DNA of 64,000 nucleotides from Eledone cirrhosa. Its lineage: Eukaryota. Below, one piece after another: positions 13,777-27,487 of the stretch. Position numbers and translations under genes: made by a program. The stretch is taken from assembly GCA_964016885.1 (NCBI GenBank), contig OZ024743.1, positions 291,090,001-291,154,000 on the forward strand. Direction: 5' to 3'. Each line of letters begins with the position of its first letter. Within the stretch, counting starts at the first letter, position 1. The notes below the pieces were generated by a model that saw nothing but the letters and a program-made list of their open reading frames with translations, did no database searches and was not told the origin of the DNA.

Positions 13777-14135
13777 CCTTAACATGCTAACCACACCCCC
13801 ACACACACATAACTCCCTTCCCCAATTTATATTAACGGAATAATTTTCCTAAACTCACACAGAAAAAAAACATATATATATATATTCTCTCCATCTTAAC
13901 ATGCTAACCATACTCGCACACACACATACACACACACACAACTCCCTCCTCCATTTCTACTAATATAATAATTTTCCTACACACACACACAATATATATA
14001 TATATATATATATATATCTCCATCTTAATGTGCTAACCATACTCCCACACACACGTACACACACATAACACTCACACACACACACACACAACTCTCTCCC
14101 CAATTTCTACTAATAGAATCATCTTCCTACACACA
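13777..14135 (+). repeat. Three diverged tandem units of about 115 bp in the Penelope 3' region
   Basis: CTTAA(C/T)(A/G)TGCTAACCA...AACTC..TCC..ATTT..TAA..TTCCTA repeated three times. Confidence 0.75.
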
Positions 14136-14664
14136 CACAAGCACACAAATAAACATACATATCTCTACTTCCTTTATTTCAATAGAAAGTCTGAATTCTG
14201 ACACCCCAGCGCACCAGCCATATTCACTGAACCAGAACAATTCTCCCCATCCCATATCTCTTGACTATCATCTTCTGTTTGGCACAAAATTCTCTAAAAG
14301 GCTTCAAAGTAAATTCCCAAATACGGGCGCGAAATTTAATGAACTTGTAATCAAATTACATTTATAAAAACAAAACCTGCGTGAGCCACTTGTTTTTAAG
14401 TAAAAAGAAATTCAGCCCCAAATTGGCGTGAAAGCTGATGTGCTTATTCACGTGACTGCATCAACCAACCAAACTTCACTCATATATGAAAAACCAACCT
14501 GAGCCCCCCATTTGTTTGAAGAACTTGTAACGCGAACTAGCACGAAATTTATTATACTTATTCACCAACCAATCACAACTCGAGCCACTTTTTTCCATAT
14601 AAAACAAGTAACATTCAAAGACCAACCAGATGTGAGAAAAACCACAGACCTTCCATCTCAACTC

Positions 14665-14704
14665 TACTTTTGAAAAGCAGAAGAACTGCCAAACCGGTAA
14701 AGGA
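14665..14704 (+). ncRNA. Minimal hammerhead-like fold with U3-A8 core; G12 mutated, probably inactive
   Basis: CTT-TTGAAAA-GCAG(aagaa)CTGC-CAAAC-CGGTA-AAG; palindromic ACCGGT helix III. Confidence 0.6.
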
Positions 14705-14722
14705 ACCAAATAAATATATATA

Positions 14723-14851
<129 letters not shown>

Positions 14852-15469
14852 ATATAGGGAGAAAATAGAGAAATTAATTTAAGCAAGAAGCCAACAATAA
14901 TTCAGACATATAAGTGATTATAACATCAAGATGAAACATTTTTAACGTAAGATGTGGGATAAATAATTCGATCTTAATTGAAAACATGTCAAGAAGAAAA
15001 ACTTTATCCTCAGACTTTGTGTAAGTTGGGGAAAAAAAGCAATACAATCTTAACTCAAAGTAAAATCAAGAAGAAATACTTAACCGTCAATTTGGGGAAA
15101 ACTACAAATGCACAATATAGTCTTAAAATACTATTTCACGAAACTTTTCAGTGGGGTTAGCCACGTTTGTAGTCGATCTTCAGTAGTGCTCAACACATTA
15201 ACTAAAATACCGGGGGGGGGGGGGGCAATTAAAAGCAGGCAAGCGAACAGCGTGTAGAATTGAGATAACAAAACACACGTAGACACACGCTAATGATACC
15301 GGGGTGAGAAGAAAATCTGTTTACAAGAAACACCAGTCAATATATATATATATAACAATTTCAGATGACAATAGGTATCTCTTGAATCATTTAATAACCC
15401 TTACACGTGTTTCAATGCTTTAATGAAATAATACCAATGCCAAGCATATATAATGTACTGCACACTTGT

Positions 15470-15770
15470 ACATTTGTTAAGAGGTGGGTCAATGTGCCGG
15501 AATGGCTGGAGTGAATAGGCCTAGTCTGTGCATGTGTCTGTATGCTGGTTGATTTGAGAAGAGAGGTGCTTTTCCAGATTTCCCTCGAAGCATCAGGTGG
15601 TACAGGATTGGAGGGGGTACCTGAGTCACTCCTTGGAGGTTATCTCACTATTGTGGAACGTCACATATTTATTATTGTATATTTTTACTCGATTTTTTGT
15701 AAACGCCCACTGTCCATGTCTTTGTATTATATTCTATATGTCGGCCCTAGTGGCCAATAAATGAAATCAT
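15470..15770 (+). mobile_element. Tx1 3'-end fragment
   Basis: GAGGTGGGT...GTGAATAGGCCTAGTCTGTGCATGTGTCTGTA resembles the ORF2 end; TTTTTACTCGATT..TGTAAAC is shared with the copy 1 3' UTR; ends AATAAATG. Confidence 0.7.
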
Positions 15771-15791
15771 TTTTATTATCATTAATATGGA

Positions 15792-15989
15792 AGTGAATTG
15801 GCAGTATCGGTCGAGGGTTGGACGCCATGCTTTCTAGCATAGTTACGTCGCTTTACGGTCTGAGTTCAAATCCCGTCAAGGTTAACTTTGCCTTTCACCC
15901 TTACAGGGTCGATAAAATAAAGTACCAGTAATGTACTGGGTAATTGCTGGCCTTGTGCCAAAAGTAGAAACAATTATTATTATTATTAT
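15792..15989 (+). mobile_element. tRNA-derived SINE, full length with (TTA)n tail
   Basis: TGGCAGTATCGG A box, GAGTTCAAATCC B box, GGCCTTGTGCCAAAAGTAGAAACAATTATTATT. Confidence 0.92.
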
Positions 15990-18900
15990 TTGTCTGTTCG
16001 GACGCTTTTTGCTCGCTCCCACTAAGTCGCTTTATTTACCTGTTATAATTATTTGTTGTTTAATGTTTCTTGTTATGCAAGCGGTATAAGCCCTTGGACT
16101 GTGCCCTGTGAAGGCCTTTTGGCCCAAATATTTGATTAATATTTGAACATTTTACTTTAAAAAAAAATAAAAAACAAGGCTGAGCCACGCCCAGTAATAT
16201 TATATTTGCTGTCGTGTGAGAATGGCGTACAAGTTGAGAGGGGGATTAATTAAATTCATACAACAAACACCACCACAAACAACGTGAACAAAGACAACAA
16301 TACCGAGAACACTATTTTTTTTTAAATCACCACACCGCCTAAAACAATAACAGCGACAACCGAAATACAGACAACAGAAAAAAATGGCAATAAAATCCAA
16401 CAACGATATTGATACCACAAACAAGAAAAAGAACAACGTCAACACCAACAGCAATAATACAAATTGCACCGAAAACAACAACAACGGGGGCACCAAAAAC
16501 ACAACTAACTACAACAGTGATAACAGCAACAAAACCAACAACACCGTTTTCTAGCAGTAGCAACAGCAACAGCACCAACAACAAGACCAGTATCAGCAGT
16601 AGGGGCAGAAATAATGGCGCCGTTGAAAAAAGGGACACTTCTTTCGCAGGTGTGGCCCGAAATATAGAGACAGTGCTAGTCGCGGAGGAGGAGATGGCAG
16701 TTGCAAGAGGCATGGTGTCAAGAAACGACAATAGAGTTACCCTGAAACCTCCACCCGATTTCTTCAAAGACCAGCAGCTGCGCACGGTGACTTACTGCAC
16801 CGTAAGCAGAATGTCACATCGAGTAGAGAGAGCCACGGAGGCTCAAATCCAAAAGGCCTTGGGGTGCGTCTGGGGGCGCAAAACACACATCACCCGATAC
16901 AACAAGTACGCCACAGTAGACGTAATTTTTCGCCACCCACAAAGAGGCGGAGTCTCACTCTTTGGAAACACTAAAGAGTAAGTAGATAGTCTTGGTGACC
17001 TCCTACTGCGGGCAGAAATTTATTAGGGTCAAAGTGACCCAGGTCCCGCCCGACCTGACCATACCTTGGCTGGCCGCGTCTGTACTGGCTGGAATCGAGG
17101 AAAAGACCACCATACTGCAAATACAGAGAATGGGAAGAGAGAACTGGCCAGGAATAGGCATGCGAATGCTAATACAGACTGACAAGGAGTGCATCGAAGC
17201 CATCCCAGACATCATAGACCTCGAAGAAGGACTCCAAGTCCCTATGAGGGTGGAATAAAGGCGCCCAAAGTGCTATCTCTGTGGGCAGAAGGGTCACCTC
17301 AGGGCCATCTGCCCGCAGAAGACAGCCAAGAAGAGCCCCCTCCCCTTCTTTCCGACGCCTGATCTGCCACTACCAAGAGCAGGGCAGGCAACAGAGGGAG
17401 AAGAATCTTCCATGGTGTGTAGGTGGGCAACGTCAGCGGCTCACATACCAAGGCCACGGACAACTAAAGCAGTGGCAGCAGTGGCGGCAACACCAACAGT
17501 CAAAGTAGCTACACCGGCGGCACAAACAGTAGCTACACGGGCTAACAATAGCTACATTAGCTACACGGGCTCCACTAACACCACCAGCAGCAGTTGAGCT
17601 CATACGCCTCCCACACGCCACGGAATTCGACATGGAGTATCAGGCCAGAGGGAAGTAGCAAACGGTCTGCCACAAAAAAACAAAAAAGGAAAAAAAACCT
17701 TAGCTTCACCCTCCAAAAGCGAAGCCAAACAAAGACGGGTAAAGGCTGCAAGGAAACATGCAGCAACACCATCACCATCACCATCACAAGCATCACCACC
17801 AACAACAACCACACCACCACCAGCTTCACCAAAACACCAACATCGCAAACACAACAAAACACACACACTCAACAGCAACAACAAGAAGACAGCAACAAAA
17901 TCACCCCTCCCACCAAAAAGTACACATGGCAAATAAAGAACTCTTACAACATATAAAGCAGCACACAAACATCACAGAAAAAAATCTACTACACCCCACC
18001 AACACCAAAAACTCTCCCGAAAAACAAACATAATTGAATTACAAACAGCTAAAAATTTCCCAACGAGGTTGGAGAATTCAAAGTGTCGATTACCAAGAGG
18101 ATATACACCGACACCGTCTTGGAAACACCCATGACCAGTCAAGGGGACGGTTCTACTGTCCCTTCACCACACGATCTAGCTAAGTGATCCTTTCTCACTT
18201 ACCCCGTTTCTCATTCAACATGGCCGTACTTAGAATACGCAGTATAAATGTACGTGACCTGGGGTCATCTTGGAAGCAGGGTCACCTGCTCAACGACCTC
18301 AGATCACTAAACGTAGATGTGGTGGTCATCAGCGAGACTAGAAACTCCGAAGCACGAGCCTTCGCACCGATCTTCGGGGGCTACGATCTATACGCATCTC
18401 CCAGCCGTCTAGGATCGGGGGGAGGGATTGCCGTACTTTTTCGGAGAGGCTTGGATCTCGCCATCTTCCTGGACCCAGAAGGTAATTCGGTGGTGCTGGA
18501 CGTGACCGGGAGCGAAGGCAATGCTTTCTGAGTAGTAGCTGTCTACGTCCCAACAGGGGCAGGTAGCCATATTTCTTCAGACGCCTAGAAACCTTTCTTG
18601 GAACGTCCCGCCCTTTAGTGTTAGTGGGCGACTGGAAAGGTATCTTAGATGCACGCTGGCATTATGTGGGGCTAGTAGACAGGGCTGGAGGTTGTAAAAG
18701 CCTCTGCAACCTGCTCAGACGTTTTGAACTGTCTGACAGGTATCGACTGGATTTTCCGAATGTTCCAATGTGGACATGGAAAAACTGCATCGGGACATCC
18801 AGATCGTATTTAGATATGGTATTCTGTAGTGAAACGGATAAGGCTAGTGTAGGTTATCCACAATTTAAAGTAGACGACTACACGGACCACAAATTTGTGA

Positions 18901-21365
18901 TCGTGAAGTTGATTTAGATAGACTCCATAGGCAGGGGCCCGGCTACAGGAATCTGAACGCGGTGTTCCCGGCGCGCAAAGCTTACAGAGACCGGATTAGT
19001 GAATTAGTTAAGGACGGATGCGTTGAGGGGTGCGATCGTACAACAGTTGGTGCTTTACCCTGAAAAGAGCTATTAGAGTAGAATTGATAAGGTTTAGCAA
19101 AGGAGTAGTGATAGAGGGAAATATAGTAGAGGAGGAGTTAGTTAGAAAGCTAGAAGAGGTGTTTAGGACAGGCATCGCAACCGACGTGATTGCGGCGAGA
19201 TTGGCCGTCGACAAATTCTTCAAAGCAAACCATGAAGGCTGCGTTGTTAGAGATAGAGCGCCTGCTCTAAGAGATCAGGAGACGAAAGCCGTTCAATGGG
19301 CCGGGTGGTGGTGGCGCGACGTGGCAACAAAGCCACAATTCGGCCTTTGCCTGGTCAAAACGGTCGCATTTGGCTCGCACCCGAGCAGATGTGTGCGGAT
19401 TTTCAAAAGCACTCAGTTGTTCGGGAGGAGTGGCGGCTGCGATCGGAGTATGGACTTTGGTGCATACCTCGCCAGACTGCCGCTCTAGACGACGGCAGCA
19501 TAGTGCTACGAAAAGCCGACAACAGCATGTGAAATACGGGAGGCGAAGTCTGTGTGCACGAGGGGTAAATCGCCAGGTTTGGATCGTCAGCCCTACGAGC
19601 TTCATGCGTATATGCCAGACTTATACGGCGACCTCTTGGCAGATGTCTACTGCAACTGGCTGCAGAACGGGAGCATTCCCAGTTTTGTGAGCCGGGGAGC
19701 GGTGGCACTGCCGGGAAAAGACGCGAACATGGAAGACGTAATAGAAAACTTCAGGACCATAAATCTGCTTAACGCAGAGTTTAAGATTTCGGCCAAGGTG
19801 TTAGCAAAGAAATTGGCTCTTGCCGTCGGTGATCTGGTGGGAGAGGCGCAGAAATGCGCAATTCCGGACAGATCAATCAACGACAATCTCCATCACATGC
19901 GATACATCATAGAGATGGTCGTTAAGAAACCTAGCAAGGGTGGGGCCTTTGATCAACTTGGATCAATCTAAAGCATTTGATAGGGTCGACCATCGTTACC
20001 TGGCTGCGATCCTCCGGGCGGCTGGTTCGGGCCTGTTTTAGAAAGATGGCTTCTCTCATCCAGAAATGGACCGAGAGGAGGCTGTCTCTGAAATGTCCGT
20101 ACATCGCGTCCGTCATCTGCTACCGCCAGACCGTCGTAACTTAACCCCGCCCAACTCTGACTAATATGGAGCACATTATCTTCCGCTTTTTGTGGAAAGG
20201 ACGTGCTTCCATGGTCAGACGATCCATTTGCTGACAACACCCGTTGAGTGGAGGACTAGGCATGGCGTGGCTGATGATACGCAAACATGCGCTGAGGCTG
20301 CGACATCTCTGGTGCTTCCTTGACGGTGAACAGGTGTGGTCGCAGTTTGCCTGAGGCGCTTTTCCCCAGCTCGTCTCCTTGACGGAGCTGCAGTCCTGGA
20401 TCAGGAAAAGACAGAGGGATAGCGCTTGGAAGCTGGAATGTCTCCAAGCGCTCACCGCCATCTACCATCTGAGCACTAGTATTGATAGAATATCCACCTC
20501 GGCGTTCTATAGAGGGCTAGCGGAGGGAAAGTGAGACGACGTTCTCGGGGAGATCCTGGGCGTCGAAGACGATCAGCTGTTCACTCTTTTGGGAGAATTT
20601 TCAGACCGGGGCCTATGGACAACTCTCAGAATTCCCTGGCCTGGCAGTGCTACCGGGGAGCGTTGCCGGTTCGGCATAAGCTCTACAGGCACGGAGGTGC
20701 TGTCAGCCGAGCCTGTCCAAGATGCCCACAGGGCGACGAAACCGTCCTGCATGCACTCGTTCAGTGCCCGGGGATTGCTGACTTGTGGTGCTTTGTCGAA
20801 CAGTTGCTGTCGCGTGTAGGACGGATCCGGTTATCGACTGAGTCCATGTGCAGATAGCGCCGCCTTCCTCCTTTAAAGAGGAGGAAGGGCAGGCAGTTTT
20901 GATCTACCGGCTGGCCACGGCGAAAGAGATTGTGTGATGGACAAGGTTGAAAGGGTTGAAGACGGAAACTTTCCTCTTCGGCCAATCCCTGATTAACTTT
21001 TTCAAGTTTCACTTGAAGAGGAAAATCAGGGTGGATACGCAAGTTCTGTCTTCTAGTAAGTTTCTTGAAAGGAGGGTGAAAGTGGCGAGTCTGGTCTGAG
21101 TGAACGTGCCCGCTCTGTGTATGCGGCTGTACACTAAGGAGTGGGACAACTAAGAGAGAAGGCCGTGGTCTTTTGTGTATTTTAGCCACGAGTAACCCTC
21201 GGAAGTTTCCCTCCTATTGGGGAATTTTTTGTTGTTTGAATTTTTTTGATATTTCTATCTTGATATTTCCATCTTTTTACACGGCCAAAACCCACATTGT
21301 ATCGTTCTGTACCGTTCTGTGCCCTCTGAAATGTTTATCTTCGTGTTATTATTATTATTATTTTT
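15990..21365 (+). mobile_element. Tx1-clade LINE copy 2, near full length, heavily mutated, RT core deleted
   Basis: ORF1 relics 16409-18183 with knuckle CYLCGQKGHLRAIC; ORF2 from ATG 18220; near 20040-20050 the sequence jumps from GPV to ASLIQKW, losing QGCPLS and YADD; (TTA)n at both ends. Confidence 0.92.
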
Positions 21366-22261
21366 ATCATTTGAGGATTTTCTTCTGGGAGTATCGTGGT
21401 GACAATGCTTTCTAGAACAACTTGCGGTGGGTCTTGTCAGAATCATCTTTTTCTAATTAATCCGACTTGATCATCAAGCGACGCCTCCTAGTTTTACTGG
21501 ATATCAAGAGGTACCAAATTGATGACTGGCACCAACGAAATCTTCAAAACAACCTAATATAAGCAGAACATAATAAAGTGAATCATAAGGCATCGGCCTC
21601 CGCGCGATATAACATGTGACACATACGAAGATTAGGTGATAGTAGTTGTTTAACAAATTCACAGATAGAGTATTTTCAAAAAAATGTTTGTTGCGTGGTC
21701 TCATCACGTGCACAGGAAGCAGTAGGTGTGCAACTGTTGGTTTTCAACTCATCGTAGCTGCAGGGTTTTTCGTTGTTATGTTGTACATAGAATCATCATT
21801 GGAAACGGTTGACATCCATTATTGATTAACTTTAAATTTACTTTATCGTAATGCATCAAGAACTGGATAGACTACTAGGTCTATTCAGATTTTCGTCCTA
21901 TTGTTGCTTTTATAAAGAACTGGTACTGCCAGATCGACATTTCCGCTGTAGACACTATAGAACAATATCTTTAAGTGATGCACTTACCAGCTATCAGGTT
22001 ATCTAGCACAATTTAACAAAGTTTAATATTATCCATTTTGTGTTCATTTACATTCTACTTTCTCTGTGTGCCTGTAATTTTTTGTTTTCCTGTTTTCACA
22101 TTTCCTTGGTAAAATATACGATTGCTTTTCTACGTTGACATGAGTTTGTAATATTATCGTTAAATATTTTCTTTTACATTTCTTTGACTTCATTACAGAT
22201 TTCTTTAAAATGAATTTACAGTAATCTGAAAGTAGAATTTGATATAAAAATACTCTTCAGC

Positions 22262-22304
<43 letters not shown>

Positions 22305-22314
22305 ACAAACAATG

Positions 22315-22504
22315 TGTGGTAAGATACCAGGTGGACCCATAACGCACCAGTGTACTCAATACTTGGGGTATAGATTGGGTAATAGGAAACGACTCAGGAC
22401 TCCGACGGCTGAGCTCCGGCCGTTTCGAGGGCTAGATCCGAACTGTTCCGATCTACCTCTCGAAACAGCCGGAACTCAGCCGTCTCAGTACTGACTCTTT
22501 TCCT
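22315..22504 (+). repeat. Second copy of the palindromic (TA)n-embedded mini-element
   Basis: GGACCCATAACGCACCAG head; GACGGCTGAG..CCGTTTCGAG...CTCGAAACAGCC..CTCAGCCGTC hairpin; TTTTCCTATA end. Confidence 0.8.
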
Positions 22505-22805
22505 ATATATATATAAATAAATAAATAAATATATATATATATATATATATTTTTTTTTTCTCAACCTGTTAGTTCTATCGTTACTTTGGTATGTTATTGT
22601 GTGTTAGATTTTGCCTGCCACAATGTTCGATTTGTCAAGCTATTTAAACGTATGTTATTACTCTAAGGACCTACCTTATCGAGTGCTTTGCTAACTCATC
22701 ATTTCATATAAGTAGGCCCAATTTGCTTGCAAACCGCCAGAGATTCGATTTTACTAAATTTCAAATTATATATATATATATTTAAAAAATATAGGAGCAA
22801 ACATA

Positions 22806-22988
22806 TTAGAGCAAACATCACGAGCTCTCTATCTCAAAATGATTTTTGAAAAGCATTAGAAATGCGCAACCGGTAAAAACTTAAAACTAAAACTGAATAC
22901 TAACCAATACTTATTACTAATTTATACTTATTCCTAATTAAACTATTTTCACTAGGGATAATTTGTCAGCATTTTCTTTTCCTTTTTA

Positions 22989-22995
<7 letters not shown>
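22806..22995 (+). repeat. About 190-bp dispersed element (family C) with hammerhead-like fold at 22841-22880
   Basis: Homologous to 36916-37104 (-) and 46664-46852 (+); TTGAAAA-GCATT/AATGC-GCAAC-CGGTA. Confidence 0.85.
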
Positions 22996-23032
<37 letters not shown>

Positions 23033-23135
23033 GGAAAATGTGTTTAATCCTTGGTACAGTTAGGTATATTTAAAAAAAAAAGGAAAATAATGAATTCAGT
23101 TGTAGTAAACAATTTAATTCAATGTTATAAAATTA

Positions 23136-23827
23136 CTAGCAGTGGTACTCGGCGTTGCACAGGATAAAGTATTTTTGAAAGCGGGCCACCAACAGACCTA
23201 ATCGTGGAAAATCTGCATGCTTGGACAATATGTAAAGAAAATAAACCGAATACTCTGATGGCTGGATAATCTTTAAGATTTTCTTCGATGAAGCATGAAA
23301 AATGCAGGTTTTCACCTAATGCGGGTCCTAAGGGATCAAGAAAATAATTTTTTTTATGTGTATAATATGACTTGAAATTTTGGGGAAATCGGCTAGACGT
23401 AACGCCTCTAAAAAGCCCTAAAAACTGAAAAAAGCTTTAGGCCATAAAAAGTTGGATTTTCCTTGCTCACATTATGAATAAGAGACTGAATAATACATAG
23501 CTACAATTTCAAGGAGATCGGTCTGTTGTAACGCCTCAAAAAAACAAAAAAAGCTTAACATACGCAGTTTTTCACCTTATAGGAGTTCAAAAAGTTGAAT
23601 TTTTTATGAGCCTAACACTCCCTGAAACATAAGTAATACACATGTAAAGATTGAAAAAAAGCGGTCCCCAGGGCATTGAAAATTTGAATTTTACTTTGCT
23701 CAGAACACTCCTTAGAACATACGTATTACATCTATACAGTTTGAAAACAGTCGGCTGGGTGGTTCTTGAGTTTTAGCGATTCAAACTCACACACACACAG
23801 GCAGACACACAGTTTTATATATATAGA
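23136..23827 (-). mobile_element. Non-autonomous Helitron
   Basis: Minus strand starts TCTATATATATAAA with a (TG/TC)n tract, ends with a decayed GC hairpin (CCTGTGCAACGCCGAG) and CTAG; inserted between A and T; internal subrepeats. Confidence 0.75.
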
Positions 23828-23922
23828 TGATATATAATTAAATTAAATTGTTTAGAACGACAATTGAAGTCATTTCTTTTCTTTCTTTAAATATATATAC
23901 ATATATATATACATATATATAT

Positions 23923-24011
23923 AACGATGGAGTTGTGGTAAGGAACCAGATGGACCATAACGCACCAGATTACTCAATACTTAGGATAGTAGAGTTTGTC
24001 ATACATTTTCC

Positions 24012-24012
<1 letters not shown>
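23923..24012 (+). repeat. Third copy of the mini-element, palindrome absent
   Basis: GGTAAGGAACCAGATGGACCATAACGCACCAG...GTAGAGTTT is followed directly by GTCATACATTTTCC. Confidence 0.8.
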
Positions 24013-24043
<31 letters not shown>

Positions 24044-24319
24044 CATGTATATATATGAAAATGAATTTGAAAATGCAATTGTATTCTATAAGAAGAGATA
24101 TTTACAATTCTTCATAACTTTACCGGTTTTACAAGTTTCGTGGGTGTGTGTGAGTGTGTTTGTCTCTCTCTGTGTATAAAAAGAGAGAGAGAATGAGAGA
24201 AAGAAAATATATATGTACAATAAATTGGAGATGAAACAAACTATACCGACACCTTCTGCTGTCTCCAATTTTGAGTGCTCCAGTTGATTCAATGAAAGAA
24301 CCTGCATGCTCGACAAATT

Positions 24320-24560
24320 ACCGAGTCAGTGGCGGAGACATCTGCACCCTGAATATAGTTATCAGAAAACTTCAACATGGTGTTTGATAAGGCTGACCGC
24401 TTGAATTATAAGCTCAACTCATTGTGCCCAGCTGAGTTAATTGGACCAACATGAAAACAGTGTGTGACTCAAGGTAAAATATTGCCAACCTCTACGAAAT
24501 TTTAAATCATGACATTACGATCGTTGGCCGAACACTATAACCGCTAATTCACGCGCTTTC
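24320..24560 (-). mobile_element. Probable second, older SINE family
   Basis: GATAAGGCTGACC..TTGAATTA...CCAGCTGAG...GTGTGTGACTCAAGG resembles the reverse strand of a SINE core; single copy in window. Confidence 0.45.
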
Positions 24561-26039
24561 GAATATACACACATGCATACGCACATAGCTAAATAGGCTA
24601 ATGCAGAAGCATATGGATGTAGCAAGACAAATTTACATATATGCATATATACTGGGTTGGGTGTCTATTCTCATATTTAACATTTATTACATCAGTATTG
24701 TTGTCGTTGTTCTCCATTATTTGTTTTCATTTACTGTTTTTACTACCTACATTTTACTTTCCATGGTTATAGTCCTCGAATAAAAGTCTCTACCCAAAAC
24801 CTTGCTTTCCTTCCACTCTACTTTAAGACGTCCCACTTCTACTTCAAACGTTTTTCCAATAAATATTCATTGTAATTCAAAATATTATCCAAACATTTCT
24901 ACTTTCTTCCATTGCTTATTTTATTCACTTTCGTGTGGTTCTTCAATGTTATTACTTCATGATGTCATACATTTTCTTTCTTCCATCTCAATTTTCTCTT
25001 TTCCTTCCATGCTTTCAACTTGTTCATGTCCATTCCATTCAACCCCAGCACATTCTCTTTCACATATTTTCTTTTCTTGAATTTCTTTACTCGTTCCTAT
25101 GAACAACTTCATCTTAATCGAATCCCTCATCTTTTGGAAGGTTCTTCTGCAAAACCTCTACATAATTATCCTTCCACTTTCATTACTCAACCAACAGGGC
25201 CGCATAAGTGTTAGGACTACTATCAATTCATTTATGATAATGGTTATTGTGAAGTAGCATGGAATTATAATTTGTGATGGAATATCTGTCTCAATAGGCT
25301 ACTTGATTTCACTTCGTTAACAGGGTGATTATAAAGGATTCATTATTCATAATTAAAGAGCATTTTTCTATATCAAAACAACTAATTTATTTGTAATATA
25401 ACTGTCAGCTATTTTACAACTATCTGGTTTGCATTTAAGAGCTATTGCTTGCTCTTCGGCAGGACATCTGACTGACTTCCTCCATTCATAAGATACAAAT
25501 TCTTACGCGCTTCTACACATATTTCTATGCTCAAAATATAAAAATACAAATTCATAATAACGTTCCATAAGCTAAAGTATAGGGATGATCTCTTATTAAT
25601 AACAGCGGATAACGAATTATGATGCTGTAATACGACCAGTTCCCCCTCCTATAAGATGTAGTTATACAGGGAAAGACTTACAATACACAGGTGTTATACA
25701 GGGAAAGACTTACAATACATAGAAAATATTTTCAAATAAAGAGCCTCCCGTATTATTTGATTGATTATAGTCATGTATATATATATATATATATATATAT
25801 ATTGTAACATGACTCCAGCCTAAGTACTCACTCACCGCACATCCCGATGACAACCTTAAAAATATATTCAGAGGCGAAAAGTTCTAGCGCAAGTGGTTTT
25901 CTCAAACTAATGATGACTTCATTATTAGTGTAAATTCTTGGTGTATATAGCACCGTTATGGTTACATGAAAGTTTCTCTATTTGTATCTAGAAACATGTA
26001 ATTTATCTTTGAGTATGTCCTAGACATCAATTAGAATAT

Positions 26040-26916
26040 ATTTTCAGTCACTTTAAGTGGCACTTTAGTCCCAGTATTATTTATAAGATTCAGAGTGTCT
26101 GAATCCCAAAACAGGCCTTGACTAACGTTCTTTAAGATACTTGATACTCTTTGAGATAGTACTCAGTGCTCCTATGACAATCGGGACGACGTTGGTGTCA
26201 TGACAGTCACAAATCCTTTTTGACACCCACTTTAACTCCTTGTCCGTCTGTATCCTGAAATCCCATAGCACCTTCACCTGCTCGTTTTCTATCACTGACT
26301 CTGGCTTATGCTTATACCACTTCTCAGAAAGTGGTTAATTGTTTAGTTTGCATAGATGCCAGTGAATCACCTTTCCTATCATATCATATCTCCAGCCTCT
26401 ATAGTGAGTCTGGCCTCGGTGTTTACACTCGGATAGTGAGCCACAGTCTCCTCTCTCTGTCTCCACAGATCCTACACAGTGAGATAGAATCCCCCTTGTC
26501 AATATGGTGTTTTACCCACTTCGTTCTGAGGGCCTGCTCTTGTGCAACCATTAGCATTCATTCTGTAGCTTTTTTGAGGTCTCCTCTTTTTAACCAGTTC
26601 CATGTCTATGGATCTCTGAATTCTGGTTACATAAAGAAAATTCTATGAAGGCATTTTTCATGAAGGTTGCTCTTCCTCCTTGTTGTTATTTCCTCCTTGG
26701 ACATCCCCTGGTCTACTGACTTCTCCTTCAGTACAACTTTGAGCATTGGCTTCCTATTTCAGGCATCTTTGTGCAGACTGTTATTCTCCATCTAAACACA
26801 GGCCTCTATGCGCATAAGACCTCTTCCATCTTCAAATCTCTCTTAACTAGAGTCTATCAAGATCACTCCTCTTGTGGAACATGATGTAAGTAGTCATTAG
26901 CTTCCTATCCATTTCT
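26040..26916 (-). mobile_element. R4/Dong-like LINE family B, 5'-truncated relic
   Basis: Minus strand encodes MDRKL..MFHKRSDLDRL..GRGL and EKWYKHKPESVIENEQVKVLWDFRIQTD, VVPIVIGAL; 5' end abuts (TTA)n. Confidence 0.85.
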
Positions 26917-26935
26917 ATTATTATTATTATTATTA

Positions 26936-27443
26936 TAACTTTTTCAAATTTCAAGGGCAGGCAGTTTTTATCTGTCTGGTGGTCATGGCGAAAGAGATAG
27001 TATGGTGGACACGTTTGAAAGGGCTGAAGACGAGCCCTTACCTCTTCGGTGATGCCCTGATTAACTTTTTCAAATTTCATTTGAAAAGGAAAATCAGAGT
27101 AGAGAGGGAAGTGCTCTCTTCCCAGCATTTTGTTGAAAGATGGGTGAGAGAAGCAACAATGGCCCGAATGAATGGGCCTTCTCTGAGTATGTGTCTGTAA
27201 ATTAAAGGTGGGAAACTGGGAGAGGGCACTTGCCCTGGTGGTCAGGGTCACTGTGGTCTTTTAATGGGCTTTCTCCACAAATGTCCCTCGGAAGCCTCCC
27301 CCCTATTGCGGAAATTTTCTTTGTTATTTTATTACATCCTCTGTTTTTTTTACACGCAGAAATGCCCATTTGTACCGTCCTGTATTGTCCTGTACTGTCC
27401 TTAATGTCTACTTTATGTAAACCCTTGTGGTTAATAAAGAAAA

Positions 27444-27444
<1 letters not shown>
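26936..27444 (+). mobile_element. Tx1 5'-truncated copy 3
   Basis: MAKEIVWWTRLKGLK.. and a 3' UTR nearly identical to 63361-63851; (TTA)n on both sides. Confidence 0.93.
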
Positions 27445-27479
<35 letters not shown>

Positions 27480-27487
27480 GATTATTA

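Larger units (their letters stand above)
11458..14715 (+). mobile_element. Penelope-like retroelement (RT + GIY-YIG), decayed
   Basis: Fragments QIKILSK..TPTP, KEADKGSTVVIMD, LYGLPKIHK, SFDVVNLYTTIP, RYLDD, LPFLDI, YKPTDS..YL; GIY-YIG region CNEDYIGQT near 13395-13425; starts right after (TA)n. Confidence 0.9.

Noticed and set aside
15397-15420. Minus-strand GAAACACGTGTA (palindromic helix III plus GUA)
   Set aside because: The CUGANGA half is absent, possibly removed at the adjacent Tx1 fragment
15792-15880. tRNA genes at A/B-box sites
   Set aside because: These are SINE heads; no cloverleaf, and each is followed by the SINE core and tail
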